A stretch of DNA of 61,340 nucleotides from an uncultured Gammaproteobacteria bacterium (GCA_964407925.1 CAYOXM010000001.1:82909-144248); one strand, 5' to 3'. Numbered from the stretch's first letter, positions 41,404 through 51,484 are shown. The notes: generated from the letters alone by a model not told the origin. Made by a program: numbers and translations.

Positions 41404-42843
41404 ATGAGACTCCCCAAGGTCAATCTGCTGTCAGGCGATCGTACCGTCGCGACTGCCGACCGCACCGGCCGTTCGCCGGTGGCGTTTTTTTTATCACCCG
41501 TGCTCATCGGCCTTATTTTCGTGCTTTCGTTCGGTTTTGGCCGCCTGACATTGTCCGAATCCGCCTCATTCGCCCTCTCCGAACTCGACGGCATCCCCAT
41601 CCTCGGGCAGATGCGGCATCTCATCGGCAGCCCCGACCGGAAACTTCGCGGGGAGGAGGATGACCGCATCAACGTGCTCCTGCTCGGCATGGGCGGCGAG
41701 GGGCACGAAGGTCCGAACCTGACGGACACGATCATGGTCGCGAGCATCAGGCCGTCCGAGAAGAAAGTGGCGCTGCTGTCCATTCCCCGCGACCTGCTCG
41801 TGCCGGTACCGAAGATCGGCTGGCGCAAGATCAATTCGGTGAACGCGTTCGGCGAGCTCGAGACGCGCGGCCGCGGCGGCGAGCAGGCGCGCGCGATGAT
41901 GGAAGGGCTGCTCGGCCTCGACATCCCCTACTACGTCCGCGTCGATTTCGACGGCTTCCGCGAACTGATCGACGGCGTGAACGGCGTCGACATCCACGTG
42001 GACAGGAAATTCAGCGACTACACGTATCCGACGAACAATTTCGGCGTGCAGACCGTGTCCTTCAAGGAGGGCTGGCAGACCATGGATGGCGACACGGCGC
42101 TCCGGTTCGCGAGGTCGCGGCACGGCAACAACGGCGAGGGTTCGGATTTCGCCCGAGCGAAACGGCAGCAGAAGGTCATCAACGCGCTGAAGGAGAAGAT
42201 GCTTGCCGCGAAGACCTACCGCAACCCCGCGACGGTGGCCAATACGCTCGCCGCGCTCCAGGCGAACATCACGACCAACCTGCAGATCGGCGAAATCCTC
42301 CGTCTCGCAAGGATGGCGCAGGGCGACGGCAACTTCGAGATCGTGCACCGCATCATCGACGACGCCCCCGGCTCCCCGCTCGTCAACAGCTCCTTCGCTG
42401 GCGCGTACGTGCTCGTGCCGAAAAACGACGATTGGGGCGGGCTGCGCAGCGTCGCGGCGAACGTCTTCGCGGAAGCGACGCCCGAAACGCCGGCGCCGCC
42501 GAAACCCGAAGAGAAGAAGGCCGTGGCCGTCGAAGAGAAGGCGCGCGTCGAGATCAGGAACGGTACCGGCAAGTCCGGACAGGCGCGCGTCGCGGCGACG
42601 TCGATCGCCGGCGCGGGATTCGAAGTCGTGAAGATCGGCAACGCCGACGCGTTCTCCTACACGAAGACCGTCATTTACGACCTCACCAAGGGAAAGAAGC
42701 CGCTCGCGCTCGCGCGCCTGCGCAAGACCGTCGGTGACGCGGAAGCGTCCGCCTCGCTGCCGAAGTCGCTCAAGGTGACCGGGGACGCCAACGTGGATTT
42801 CCTGGTCATCATCGGAAAAATCGCGGACGAAGCCGCGCTCTAA
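41404..42843 (+). CDS. LCP (LytR-CpsA-Psr) family glycopolymer transferase with LytR C-terminal domain
   Basis: NVLLLG, TDTIMVASI, LLSIPRDL, KINSVNA, ALRFARSRH...SDFARAKRQQKVI; C-terminal VEIRNGTGKSGQA. Confidence 0.93.
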   Translation: MRLPKVNLLSGDRTVATADRTGRSPVAFFLSPVLIGLIFVLSFGFGRLTLSESASFALSELDGIPILGQMRHLIGSPDRKLRGEEDDRINVLLLGMGGEGHEGPNLTDTIMVASIRPSEKKVALLSIPRDLLVPVPKIGWRKINSVNAFGELETRGRGGEQARAMMEGLLGLDIPYYVRVDFDGFRELIDGVNGVDIHVDRKFSDYTYPTNNFGVQTVSFKEGWQTMDGDTALRFARSRHGNNGEGSDFARAKRQQKVINALKEKMLAAKTYRNPATVANTLAALQANITTNLQIGEILRLARMAQGDGNFEIVHRIIDDAPGSPLVNSSFAGAYVLVPKNDDWGGLRSVAANVFAEATPETPAPPKPEEKKAVAVEEKARVEIRNGTGKSGQARVAATSIAGAGFEVVKIGNADAFSYTKTVIYDLTKGKKPLALARLRKTVGDAEASASLPKSLKVTGDANVDFLVIIGKIADEAAL

Positions 42844-42863
42844 GCCGGCGGAAACCAAACCTT

Positions 42864-44264
42864 ATGGACGAACGGATGAAAACGACGCCGGTCATCGCCC
42901 TCGTCGGTCGGACCAACGTGGGAAAATCCACGCTGTTCAACCGGCTGCTTGAGACGCGCAAGGCCATCACCTCCCCCGTTCCGGGCACCACCCAGGACAT
43001 CAATTTCGGGCACTGCCATTGGCGCGGCAAGACGTTCACGATCATCGATACCGCCGGCCTCGACCTGACGTCGAAGGCGGCGACCGACGCCAGCCTCAAG
43101 CGCCAGGCGGACCTCGCCATGACCAAGGCGGACGTCATCCTTCTGATCGTCGACGTGCGCGACGGCGTGATGCCGCAGGACCGCGCGTTCGCCGCGCACC
43201 TCCGCAAGGCCGGCAAGCGCGTGATGCTCGTCGCGAACAAGGCGGACAACCCCGGCGCGCGGCGCCTCGCGGAAGCTCCGGACTGGATGAAGCTCGGCAT
43301 GGGCAAACCGCACGCGCTCTCGGCCGCGAACGGCACGGGCGTCGGCGACCTCCTCGACGAGGTTTATGCGGCGCTCAAGGCCGACAACCTCGACGAGAAG
43401 GAGATTCCCGCCCCCGACGTGCGCATCGCCATCATCGGCCGGCCGAACGTCGGCAAGTCGTCGCTCCTCAACGCGCTCGCCGGCGAGGACCGCGTCATCG
43501 TGAGCGAGGTCCCGCACACCACGAAGGAACCGCAGGACACGCTGCTCACGCACGAACGCGAGGACGGCGCGACGAAGCGGCTGCTCGTCATCGACACCGT
43601 GGGCATCCGCAAAAAGTCGAAGGTGGCGCCCGGCATCGAAAAGATCGGCGTGCACATGAGCCTCGAGGAGCTGAAGCGCGCGGACGTCGTGTTCCTGTGC
43701 ATCGACGCGGTCGCGGGCATCGACCTTCAGGAAAAGAAGCTCGCCGGTTTCATCGAGGACCACAGCTCGGCGGTGCTTGTCGTCGTCAACAAGTGGGATC
43801 TCGCGTCCGACAAGGAACTCGGCGACACCGACGCCTACCGCGAATACGTGCGCATCCAGCTCCCCTTCTACAAGTGGGCGCCGATCACGTTCATCTCGGC
43901 GAAATCGGGACGCGGCGTCGGCAGGCTGCTCGGCTACGCGACCGAACTCGCGGAACGCCGCGACCGGACCGTCAGTCAGGAGGACCTCGACGCGTTCGTC
44001 TCAAAACTGAAGAAGCAGCACCATTCGATGTTCGCCGAGGGGGGCGACCGGTTCGGGAAGATCGGCAAGCGCCCGAAGGTGTACGGCATGACGCAGATCG
44101 CGACGAAGCCGCCGACGTTCATGGTCGTCGTGAAGGACAAGGACACCCTGAACAAGGGGTTCCTGAGCTTCATCGAGAACAGGATGCGCGAGACGTTCGA
44201 GTTCGAGGGGACGCCGGTGCGCGTGCTCGCGCGCGAAATCGGCAAGGGGAAGGACGAAAAATGA
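42864..44264 (+). CDS. der: Ribosome biogenesis GTPase Der (EngA)
   Basis: Two G domains (GRTNVGKSTLFN, DTAG, NKAD; GRPNVGKSSLLN, DTVG, NKWD) and a KH-like tail. Confidence 0.96.
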   Translation: MDERMKTTPVIALVGRTNVGKSTLFNRLLETRKAITSPVPGTTQDINFGHCHWRGKTFTIIDTAGLDLTSKAATDASLKRQADLAMTKADVILLIVDVRDGVMPQDRAFAAHLRKAGKRVMLVANKADNPGARRLAEAPDWMKLGMGKPHALSAANGTGVGDLLDEVYAALKADNLDEKEIPAPDVRIAIIGRPNVGKSSLLNALAGEDRVIVSEVPHTTKEPQDTLLTHEREDGATKRLLVIDTVGIRKKSKVAPGIEKIGVHMSLEELKRADVVFLCIDAVAGIDLQEKKLAGFIEDHSSAVLVVVNKWDLASDKELGDTDAYREYVRIQLPFYKWAPITFISAKSGRGVGRLLGYATELAERRDRTVSQEDLDAFVSKLKKQHHSMFAEGGDRFGKIGKRPKVYGMTQIATKPPTFMVVVKDKDTLNKGFLSFIENRMRETFEFEGTPVRVLAREIGKGKDEK

Positions 44265-44265
44265 T

Positions 44266-44832
44266 ATGAAGCTCATCGTCGGCCTCGGCAATCCCGGCAA
44301 GGAGTACGAGCGCACGCGGCATAACGCGGGGTTCCGCGCCGTCCGTGCGTTCCATACGCTGCACATCGAGGAATTCGACGGGTGGAGGCGGAAGTTCAAC
44401 GCGGAGATAGCCGAGGGCCGCATCGCCGGCGACAAGGTCGCGCTCCTCCTGCCGCAGACGTACATGAACGAATCCGGAACGTCGGTCGCCGAGGCGGCGG
44501 GGTTCTGGCATGTCGATCCGAAGGACGTCATCATCGTCTACGACGAGCTCGACATCCCCGTCGGTTCCCTGCGCATCCGCCCCGAGGGTTCGGCGGGCGG
44601 GCACAACGGCATGAAATCGGTGCTCGCGCGGCTCGGCACGGCGGACGTTCCCCGCTTTCGCATCGGCATCAAGGGCGAGCATGCCGCCGGCGTACCGTCG
44701 GAAGAGTACGTCCTCGGGAAATTCACCGCGGAAGAGGAGACGCTCCTCGGACAGGCGATTGGCAAGACGGTCGAGGCGCTCGATGTCCTGCTGAACGAAG
44801 GCATCGACGCGGCGATGAACCGGTACAATTAA
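44266..44832 (+). CDS. pth: Peptidyl-tRNA hydrolase
   Basis: MKLIVGLGNPG, TRHNAGF, PQTYMNESG, YDELD and GGHNGMKS. Confidence 0.97.
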   Translation: MKLIVGLGNPGKEYERTRHNAGFRAVRAFHTLHIEEFDGWRRKFNAEIAEGRIAGDKVALLLPQTYMNESGTSVAEAAGFWHVDPKDVIIVYDELDIPVGSLRIRPEGSAGGHNGMKSVLARLGTADVPRFRIGIKGEHAAGVPSEEYVLGKFTAEEETLLGQAIGKTVEALDVLLNEGIDAAMNRYN

Positions 44833-44840
44833 GCGGCGGG

Positions 44841-44863
44841 AAAACGGCCTCCGGGCCGTTTTT
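44841..44863 (+). terminator. Intrinsic terminator after pth
   Basis: AAAACGGCC-TCCG-GGCCGTTTTT. Confidence 0.7.
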
Positions 44864-44866
44864 GAT

Positions 44867-44896
44867 TTGACACCGTCCCGCGGCCTCGTCTATAGT
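44867..44896 (+). promoter_or_regulatory. Sigma70 promoter TTGACA-18-TATAGT; probably leaderless dprA
   Basis: -10 ends 8 nt before ATG 44905. Confidence 0.65.
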
Positions 44897-44904
44897 CCGG
44901 CCCC

Positions 44905-45786
44905 ATGGGAACTGAGCGGACCCCATCGCCGACGACGGACGTCATCGCCATCCCCTTCGGGGACGGCCGGTATCCTCCCCTGCTCCGGCATATTTCCGAT
45001 CCTCCGGAAACGCTCTATATAAGAGGGAGCATCGAGGCGCTCCGGCGCGGGACGACGGTCGCCGTCATCGGCACGCGTGCGGTCACGCGATACGGCGAAG
45101 CCGCGGCAGTCTCGATCGCCGGACCGCTGGCGCGCGCGGGGGCGTGCGTGGCGAGCGGCCTCGCGCTCGGGGTCGACGCCGTCGCGCATGCCGCCGCGCT
45201 CGACGCGAACGGGACGACGGTCGCGGTGCTCGCCTCGGGCGTCGATGACGCGTGCGTGGGTCCGAAGACGAATTTCGGACTGGCAAGGAAGATTCTCGCG
45301 TCCGGCGGCGCGCTCGTCTCCGAGTTCCCGCCCGGAACGCCTGCGGCAAAGCACCGCTTCCCGCTACGTAACCGCATCATCGCGGGGCTGTCCCAGGCCG
45401 TCGTCGTCATCGAGGCGGCGGAACGCTCGGGCGCGCTCATCACGGCGAAGCTCGCGCTCGACGCCGGCCGCGACGTCTACGCGGTGCCCGGACCCATCTT
45501 TTCGGAAGCGTCGAAAGGCACGAACGGCCTCATCGGACAGGGAGCGACGCCGCTGCTCGACGCCAAGGACCTCATCGTCCGGCTCGGCCTCGACGCGCCG
45601 ACGCCGAAAAAACGCGCCGAGGGCGTCGCCGGCATCCTGCTCGCGCGCCTCGACGCCGGCCCCGCGACGATCGACGAACTCGCGCTCGTCGCGAAACGTC
45701 CGGGGCGGGAAATCGCGGAGGCGATCGCCCTCCTCGAGATCGACGGGCGCGTCACGCGGCGCGCCGGACTCTGCATCAAAAATTGA
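44905..45786 (+). CDS. dprA: DNA-processing protein DprA
   Basis: YPPLLRHISDPP, AVIGTR, SGLALGVDAVAH, FPLRNRIIAGLS, EAAERSGALITA and VYAVPG. Confidence 0.96.
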   Translation: MGTERTPSPTTDVIAIPFGDGRYPPLLRHISDPPETLYIRGSIEALRRGTTVAVIGTRAVTRYGEAAAVSIAGPLARAGACVASGLALGVDAVAHAAALDANGTTVAVLASGVDDACVGPKTNFGLARKILASGGALVSEFPPGTPAAKHRFPLRNRIIAGLSQAVVVIEAAERSGALITAKLALDAGRDVYAVPGPIFSEASKGTNGLIGQGATPLLDAKDLIVRLGLDAPTPKKRAEGVAGILLARLDAGPATIDELALVAKRPGREIAEAIALLEIDGRVTRRAGLCIKN

Positions 45787-45824
45787 CAGGCCGTCGGAAC
45801 GACGGCTACGCTGTTGAAGAATCT

Positions 45825-48077
45825 ATGAAAAAGAAGACGCAACGCTCGCTCGTCATCGTCGAGTCGCCTACGAAGGCGAAAACGATATCGAAATTCCTGG
45901 GGAAGGGCTACGAGGTCCTTTCTTCTTTCGGTCACGTGCGCGACCTCCCGAAGAACGACATCGGCGTCGACGTCGATCACGACTTCGCCCCGAAGTACGT
46001 GATCCCCACCAAGGCCAAGAAGGCCGTGAGCGAACTCAAAAAGGCCGCGGCGAAGGCCGACGTCGTGTACTTCGCGTCGGACGAAGACCGCGAAGGGGAA
46101 GCCATCTCGTGGCATCTTCGCGAAATCCTCAAGGTCGATGACGAAAAGATCAAACGCATCACGTTCCACGAAATCACCGAGGAGGCGATCAGGGAGGCGC
46201 TCGAGAAGCCGCGCGAACTGGACGTGAACCTCGTCGACGCGCAACAGGCGCGCCGCGTGCTCGACCGTCTCGTCGGCTACGAGCTCTCCCCCTTCCTCTG
46301 GCGCAAGGTCGCGCGCGGCCTTTCGGCGGGGCGCGTGCAGTCGGTCATCGTGCGCCTCATCGTCGAACGCGAACGGGAAATCGGCAAGTTCGTCCCGCAG
46401 GAATACTGGTCCATCGAGGCGATGCTCGCGAAGCGTGCGGGCAAGGACGCGGCGTTCCTCTCGAAGCTGGTGAAACGGGACGACGAGACGCTCGACAAGT
46501 TCGCCGTCCCCGCGGCGGCTGATGCCGAGAAAATCGTCGCCGACCTCGGCGGCGCCGAATGGACCGTCGAATCCGTCGAGAGCAAGAAGGTCCACCGGAG
46601 CCCACAACCGCCGTTCACCACCTCGACGCTCCAGCAGGAAGCGAACAACCGGTACGGCTTCTCCGCGAAGCAGACCATGATGATCGCGCAGCAGCTTTAC
46701 GAAGGCGTCGAGCTCGGCGAGCACGGGTCGACCGGTCTCATCACCTACATGCGTACCGACTCGGTGAACCTTTCCGAAAAGTTCATCGCCGAAGCGCGGG
46801 ACTACGTTAAAAAGGAATACGGCCCCGCGGCGTTCCCCGACGAGGCCCGCAAATACAAGACCAAGGCGAAGGGCGCGCAGGAGGCGCACGAGGCGATCCG
46901 TCCGACGGGCGCGCTCCGCGTTCCCGACGACATCGCGTCGCACCTCGACGACAAGCAGTTCAAGCTCTACGACCTCATCTGGCGCCGAGCCGTCGCTTCG
47001 CAGATGGCGGACGCGGAACTGCTGACCGTCACGGTGAACGTCGACGCCGAGAAGGCCGGCGCGCCGAAGTACGGATTCCGCGCGACCGGGTCGACCATCG
47101 CCAAAAAGGGCTTCCTCGACGTCTATGAAACGGACACGAAGGAGACGCTCCTGCCCGAACTCGAGGACGGCGAAAAACTCGACGCCGAATCCGTCACGCC
47201 GAAACAGCATTTCACCGAACCGCCGCCCCGGTACACCGAAGCCTCGCTCGTGAAGACGCTCGAGGAGAACGGCATCGGCCGCCCGTCGACCTACGCGCCG
47301 ACCATCGGCACGGTCGTCGACCGCGGATACGTGGAAAAGGACGGCCGCAAGCTGAAACCGACCGAGCTCGCCACCCTCGTGAACGACCTGCTCGTCGCGC
47401 ACTTTCCCGACATCGTCGACTTCGGCTTCACCGCGTCGATCGAAGAGGACCTCGACGACATCGCCGAGGGGAAAAAGAAGTGGGTCCCCGTCATCAAGGC
47501 GTTCTACGACCCCTTCAAGAAGAACCTCACGGCGAAAGACAAGGAAGTGAAGAAAAAGGACGTCACCGAAGAGACGACCGACGAGGTCTGCGAGAAGTGC
47601 GGCAAGCCGATGATCATCAAGTTCGGCCGTTTCGGCAAGTTCATGGCCTGCACCGGTTTCCCCGAGTGCCGCAACACGAAGCCGGTCCCCGGAGCCGAGG
47701 GTGCGGCTCCCGCGCCGGTCATCGACGAGAAATGCGCGGCCTGCGGCGCGCCGATGATGGTGAAGCGCGGACGCTTCGGCGAATTCCTGAGCTGTTCCCG
47801 CTATCCCGAATGCAAGACGGTGAAGCCGCTCCAGAAGAAGGTCGGCGCGAAGTGCACCGCCTGCAAGGAGGGCGACATCATCGAGAAGAAGACGCGCAAA
47901 GGCAAGATGTTCTACGCCTGCTCGCGGTATCCGGACTGCACCTTCGCCCTCTGGTCGAAACCGAACGGCGAAATCTGCCCGAAGTGCAGCTCGCTCCTCG
48001 TCTTCGCCAAGGCGGACACCATCCGCTGCTCGAGCAAGGAATGCGACTTCGAGAAGGAAGCGGAAAAGAAGCCGTAG
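45825..48077 (+). CDS. topA: DNA topoisomerase I with C-terminal Zn ribbons
   Basis: LVIVESPTKAKTI, ASDEDREGEAI, SAGRVQS, ITYMRTDS, QEAHEAIRPT, GIGRPSTYA and C4 zinc fingers. Start ATG 45825. Confidence 0.98.
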   Translation: MKKKTQRSLVIVESPTKAKTISKFLGKGYEVLSSFGHVRDLPKNDIGVDVDHDFAPKYVIPTKAKKAVSELKKAAAKADVVYFASDEDREGEAISWHLREILKVDDEKIKRITFHEITEEAIREALEKPRELDVNLVDAQQARRVLDRLVGYELSPFLWRKVARGLSAGRVQSVIVRLIVEREREIGKFVPQEYWSIEAMLAKRAGKDAAFLSKLVKRDDETLDKFAVPAAADAEKIVADLGGAEWTVESVESKKVHRSPQPPFTTSTLQQEANNRYGFSAKQTMMIAQQLYEGVELGEHGSTGLITYMRTDSVNLSEKFIAEARDYVKKEYGPAAFPDEARKYKTKAKGAQEAHEAIRPTGALRVPDDIASHLDDKQFKLYDLIWRRAVASQMADAELLTVTVNVDAEKAGAPKYGFRATGSTIAKKGFLDVYETDTKETLLPELEDGEKLDAESVTPKQHFTEPPPRYTEASLVKTLEENGIGRPSTYAPTIGTVVDRGYVEKDGRKLKPTELATLVNDLLVAHFPDIVDFGFTASIEEDLDDIAEGKKKWVPVIKAFYDPFKKNLTAKDKEVKKKDVTEETTDEVCEKCGKPMIIKFGRFGKFMACTGFPECRNTKPVPGAEGAAPAPVIDEKCAACGAPMMVKRGRFGEFLSCSRYPECKTVKPLQKKVGAKCTACKEGDIIEKKTRKGKMFYACSRYPDCTFALWSKPNGEICPKCSSLLVFAKADTIRCSSKECDFEKEAEKKP

Positions 48078-48082
48078 CCGCG

Positions 48083-48120
48083 AAAAAGGCCCGTCACGAC
48101 GCGTGAGGGGCCTTTTGTTT
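48083..48120 (+). terminator. Intrinsic terminator after topA
   Basis: AAAAGGCCC...GGGCCTTTT followed by T-rich tail. Confidence 0.65.
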
Positions 48121-48197
48121 GCCGAAGAAGGCCGGCGACGGCGATGCCCCCTTTACGGAATTGGAGTACAATGCCAGCATTACGGGTCAGCCGCCCT

Positions 48198-49733
48198 ATG
48201 CCCAATTCGGTCAACATCGAAAACCTCCTGCGGAAGATCCGCACGTACAATCCCAAGGCAGACCTCGACATGGTCCGCCTGGCTTTCGATTTCGCCGAAA
48301 AGGCGCACGAGGGGCAGCTGCGGACGTCCGGCGAGCCGTACTTCGTCCACCCCGTGAAGGCGGCGGAGATTCTCGCCGACATGAAGCTGCCGACCCCCAT
48401 CATCGTCGCCGGTCTCCTGCACGACGTCCCGGAAGACACGAAGGCGACGCTCGCCGACATCCGCAAGAACTTCGGCGACGACGTCGCGTCGATGGTCGGC
48501 GGCATCACCAAGCTGGGCAAAATCAAGTACCGCGGACTCGACCGGTACATCGAGAACCTGCGCAAGATGTTCGTGGCGATGGCGTCCGACGTCCGCGTCA
48601 TCCTGATCAAGTTCGCCGACCGCATCCATAACCTCGAGACGCTCGACGCGCTCCCCCCGGAAAAACGACGGCGCATCGCGCTCGAGTCCCTCGAGATCTA
48701 CGCGCCGATCGCGAACCGCCTCGGCATGAACGAGATGCGCACGCGCATCGAGGACCTCGCCTTCCGGCACGCGATGCCCAAGGAATACGAATGGGTGAAT
48801 CAGCTCGCGGCGACCACCATCAAGGTGAAAAAGGGGTACATCGAAAAGGTGAAGCGCGCGGTCGAGGACGACCTCAGGACGGCGAACGTCGCCTTCGTGG
48901 AAATCGACGGGCGCGTGAAGCACCTGTACAGCCTGTATAAAAAACTGCTCAAGCACGAGCGCGACATCGTGCAGATCCACGACCTCGTGGCGCTCCGCGT
49001 CATCGTCCCGAACGTCGCCGACTGCTACGGCGCGCTCGGCATCATCCACCAGCGCTGGAAGCCGCTCTCCGGCCGCATCAAGGACTACATCGCCCAGCCG
49101 AAACCGAACGGCTACCGGTCGCTCCACACGACGGTGTTCTGCGACGGCGGCGAAATCGTCGAATTCCAGATCCGCACCCTGCAGATGCACGAGGAGGCCG
49201 AGCGCGGCATCGCGGCGCACTGGCAATACGACGAGGAAGGAAAGGCGTCCGCCGTGCCCGAGGACCTGCGCGGCCTCGAGTGGGTGAAGGAACTCGCCGA
49301 ACGCCAGCGGCACATCCGCGACAAGGCGGCGTATCTGGAATCGCTCGAGTCGCTCAAGATCGACGTGTTCCAGAACCGGCTGTTCGTCTTCACGCCGAAA
49401 GGCGACGTCATCGACCTTCCCGAAGGGGCGACGCCGGTCGATTTCGCCTACGCCATCCACTCGCAGATCGGCGACACCTGCGTGGGCGCGCGCGTGAACG
49501 ACCAGATCGTCAGCCTCGATTCCAAGCTGAACTCCGGCGACTTCTGCGAAATCATCGTCGACAAGAACCGCAAGGGGCCGAACGCCGACTGGCTGACGTT
49601 CGTGAAAACGTCGAACGCGCGCTCGCACATCCGGAGCCAGGCGAAGTCGAAGCTGACCAAGTGGCTCAAGGACATGTCCTCGGAGGACGGCGACGGAAAG
49701 GACGACGAGCAACCGAAACGCCGGGCGAAATAG
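48198..49733 (+). CDS. rel: RelA/SpoT homologue (HD + synthetase + TGS; no ACT domain)
   Basis: HEGQLRTSGEPYFVHP, LHDVPEDT, KFADRIHN, DLVALRVI, KPNGYRSLHT, EFQIRT and TPVDFAYAIHS. Start ATG 48198. Confidence 0.93.
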   Translation: MPNSVNIENLLRKIRTYNPKADLDMVRLAFDFAEKAHEGQLRTSGEPYFVHPVKAAEILADMKLPTPIIVAGLLHDVPEDTKATLADIRKNFGDDVASMVGGITKLGKIKYRGLDRYIENLRKMFVAMASDVRVILIKFADRIHNLETLDALPPEKRRRIALESLEIYAPIANRLGMNEMRTRIEDLAFRHAMPKEYEWVNQLAATTIKVKKGYIEKVKRAVEDDLRTANVAFVEIDGRVKHLYSLYKKLLKHERDIVQIHDLVALRVIVPNVADCYGALGIIHQRWKPLSGRIKDYIAQPKPNGYRSLHTTVFCDGGEIVEFQIRTLQMHEEAERGIAAHWQYDEEGKASAVPEDLRGLEWVKELAERQRHIRDKAAYLESLESLKIDVFQNRLFVFTPKGDVIDLPEGATPVDFAYAIHSQIGDTCVGARVNDQIVSLDSKLNSGDFCEIIVDKNRKGPNADWLTFVKTSNARSHIRSQAKSKLTKWLKDMSSEDGDGKDDEQPKRRAK

Positions 49734-49744
49734 CCCGGCGTTTT
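49716..49744. terminator. Bidirectional terminator overlapping the rel stop
   Basis: AAACGCCGGGC-GAAATA-GCCCGGCGTTT. Confidence 0.7.
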
Positions 49745-49767
49745 CATTTCTCCGGATTGCCGCCGCG

Positions 49768-50679
49768 CTACTCCTGCAGCCGGCGGACGATGTCGGCGTA
49801 CTCCTCGTCGGAGTAGAAGGCGATGGCGACCGCTCCCCTGCCGTTGCGCTTCTTGATCTCCACGCGCGCGCCAAGCGCGTTCCTGAGCTGTTCCTCGACG
49901 GCGAGGATGGCGGGATCCTTGCTGCGGCCGCTCTTGCCGACGACGCGGCGCACGCCGGCTTCGGCCTCACGGCTCGTCATCCGGTCGGCGACAAGCTTCT
50001 TGAAGAAGGCGAGTTGGCTTTCGGTATCGGGAAGGCTGAGCATCGCGCGGGCGCTGCCGGCGGGAACGATGCCGGCACCGATCGCCTCCTGCACCTCCTG
50101 CGGAAGGTCGAGCAGGCGCACGATGTTCGCGACCGTCGAACGCGCCTTGCCGACCTGCTTCGCGACGATCTCCTGCGTCAGGCCGAACTCGCCGAGGAGA
50201 CGGCCGTACGCGCGCGCTTCTTCGAGCGGATTGAGGTCCTCGCGCTGGATGTTCTCGATGAGGGCGAGTACGAGCTTGTCCTGAAGGTCCGCTTCGCGCA
50301 CGAGCGCGGGGACGGTCTCCATGCCCAGCATTTTCGCGGAGCGGAACCGCCGCTCGCCGGCGATGAGCTCATATCCCCCGTCGGGCCTGCGCGTGACGGT
50401 GATCGGCTGAAGGATGCCGTGCTCGCGGATGGAATTCATCAGGTCCTCGAGCTCCTGATGCTTGAAGACCGCGCGAGGCTGTTCGGGGTTCGCCGCGATG
50501 TCGCTGACGCGAATCTGCAGCACGCCGCCTGACGCCTGCGCCCTGCCGTCGGTCGCGGAATCAGCCACGGCGACGGCGGACTGCGAAACCGCCTGCGCCT
50601 GCTGCGGCGCGGCGACGGGCTTTTGCGGGATGAGCGCGCCGAGGCCCCTGCCGAGGCCGGTGAACTTCTTCGCGGACAT
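49768..50679 (-). CDS. parB: ParB/Spo0J chromosome partitioning protein
   Basis: GLGRGLGALI, NPEQPR, GILQPI, IAGERRFR, ENIQREDLNPLEEA and an HTH. Start ATG 50679. Confidence 0.97.
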   Translation of the reverse strand: MSAKKFTGLGRGLGALIPQKPVAAPQQAQAVSQSAVAVADSATDGRAQASGGVLQIRVSDIAANPEQPRAVFKHQELEDLMNSIREHGILQPITVTRRPDGGYELIAGERRFRSAKMLGMETVPALVREADLQDKLVLALIENIQREDLNPLEEARAYGRLLGEFGLTQEIVAKQVGKARSTVANIVRLLDLPQEVQEAIGAGIVPAGSARAMLSLPDTESQLAFFKKLVADRMTSREAEAGVRRVVGKSGRSKDPAILAVEEQLRNALGARVEIKKRNGRGAVAIAFYSDEEYADIVRRLQE

Positions 50680-50681
50680 AT

Positions 50682-51452
50682 CTAGAGGGAATGCTCGAGC
50701 TCGATGATTTCGTCGGTCAGGCTCTCGTAGGCCTTGGCTCCCTTCGACCACGGGTCATAGTGCGTGATGGGGTTGCCGAAGCTCGGCGCTTCCGCGAGAC
50801 GGACGTTCCTCGGGATGACCGAACGGAAAATGCGCTGCGGGAAGAACTTCTGGAGTTCGGCCATGACGTCGGCGGACAGCTTGTTGCGGCCGTCGAACAT
50901 CGTGATGACCGCGCCCATGACCTCGAGGTCGGGCCGCAGGCTGTTCTTCACGAGCTCGATCGTCTCAAGCAGCTGGCTCAAGCCTTCGAGCGCGTAATAT
51001 TCGGCCTGCACGGGGATGAGCACGCGGTCGGCGGCGGCGAGGCCGTTCACCGTAAGGAGGCTGAGCGACGGCGGACAGTCGATGATGACGTAATCGAAAT
51101 CGTTGCGCACCTCGAGAAGCGCGTCGGACAGGCGGTACTCGCGCCGCTCCATGTCAGCGAGCTCGAGCGCCGCGCCGGCAAGTGCGGCGGTCGCGGGCGC
51201 GACCTTCATCCCCTCGACTTTGGTGGGGACGACCACTTCGCGGAACCCCTTGGTTCCGATGATCGCTTCGTACACTCCCTTGTCGAGCGCGCGGTGGTCG
51301 ACGCCGAGTCCCGACGTCGCGTTCGCCTGCGGATCAAGGTCGACAAGCAGGACAAACCGCCCCTTGGATGCCAGATAGGAGCCGAGGTTGACGGCGGTGG
51401 TGGTCTTGCCCACGCCGCCTTTCTGATTCACGACAGCGATGATGTAGGCCAT
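50682..51452 (-). CDS. parA: ParA/Soj ATPase
   Basis: NQKGGVGKTTT, DLDPQANATSG, IIDCPPSL, PVQAEYYALEG and IPRNVRLAEAPSFG. Start ATG 51452. Confidence 0.97.
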   Translation of the reverse strand: MAYIIAVVNQKGGVGKTTTAVNLGSYLASKGRFVLLVDLDPQANATSGLGVDHRALDKGVYEAIIGTKGFREVVVPTKVEGMKVAPATAALAGAALELADMERREYRLSDALLEVRNDFDYVIIDCPPSLSLLTVNGLAAADRVLIPVQAEYYALEGLSQLLETIELVKNSLRPDLEVMGAVITMFDGRNKLSADVMAELQKFFPQRIFRSVIPRNVRLAEAPSFGNPITHYDPWSKGAKAYESLTDEIIELEHSL

Positions 51453-51484
51453 AACGGCCTTACTGTACCCCATTTTTCCCCGCT

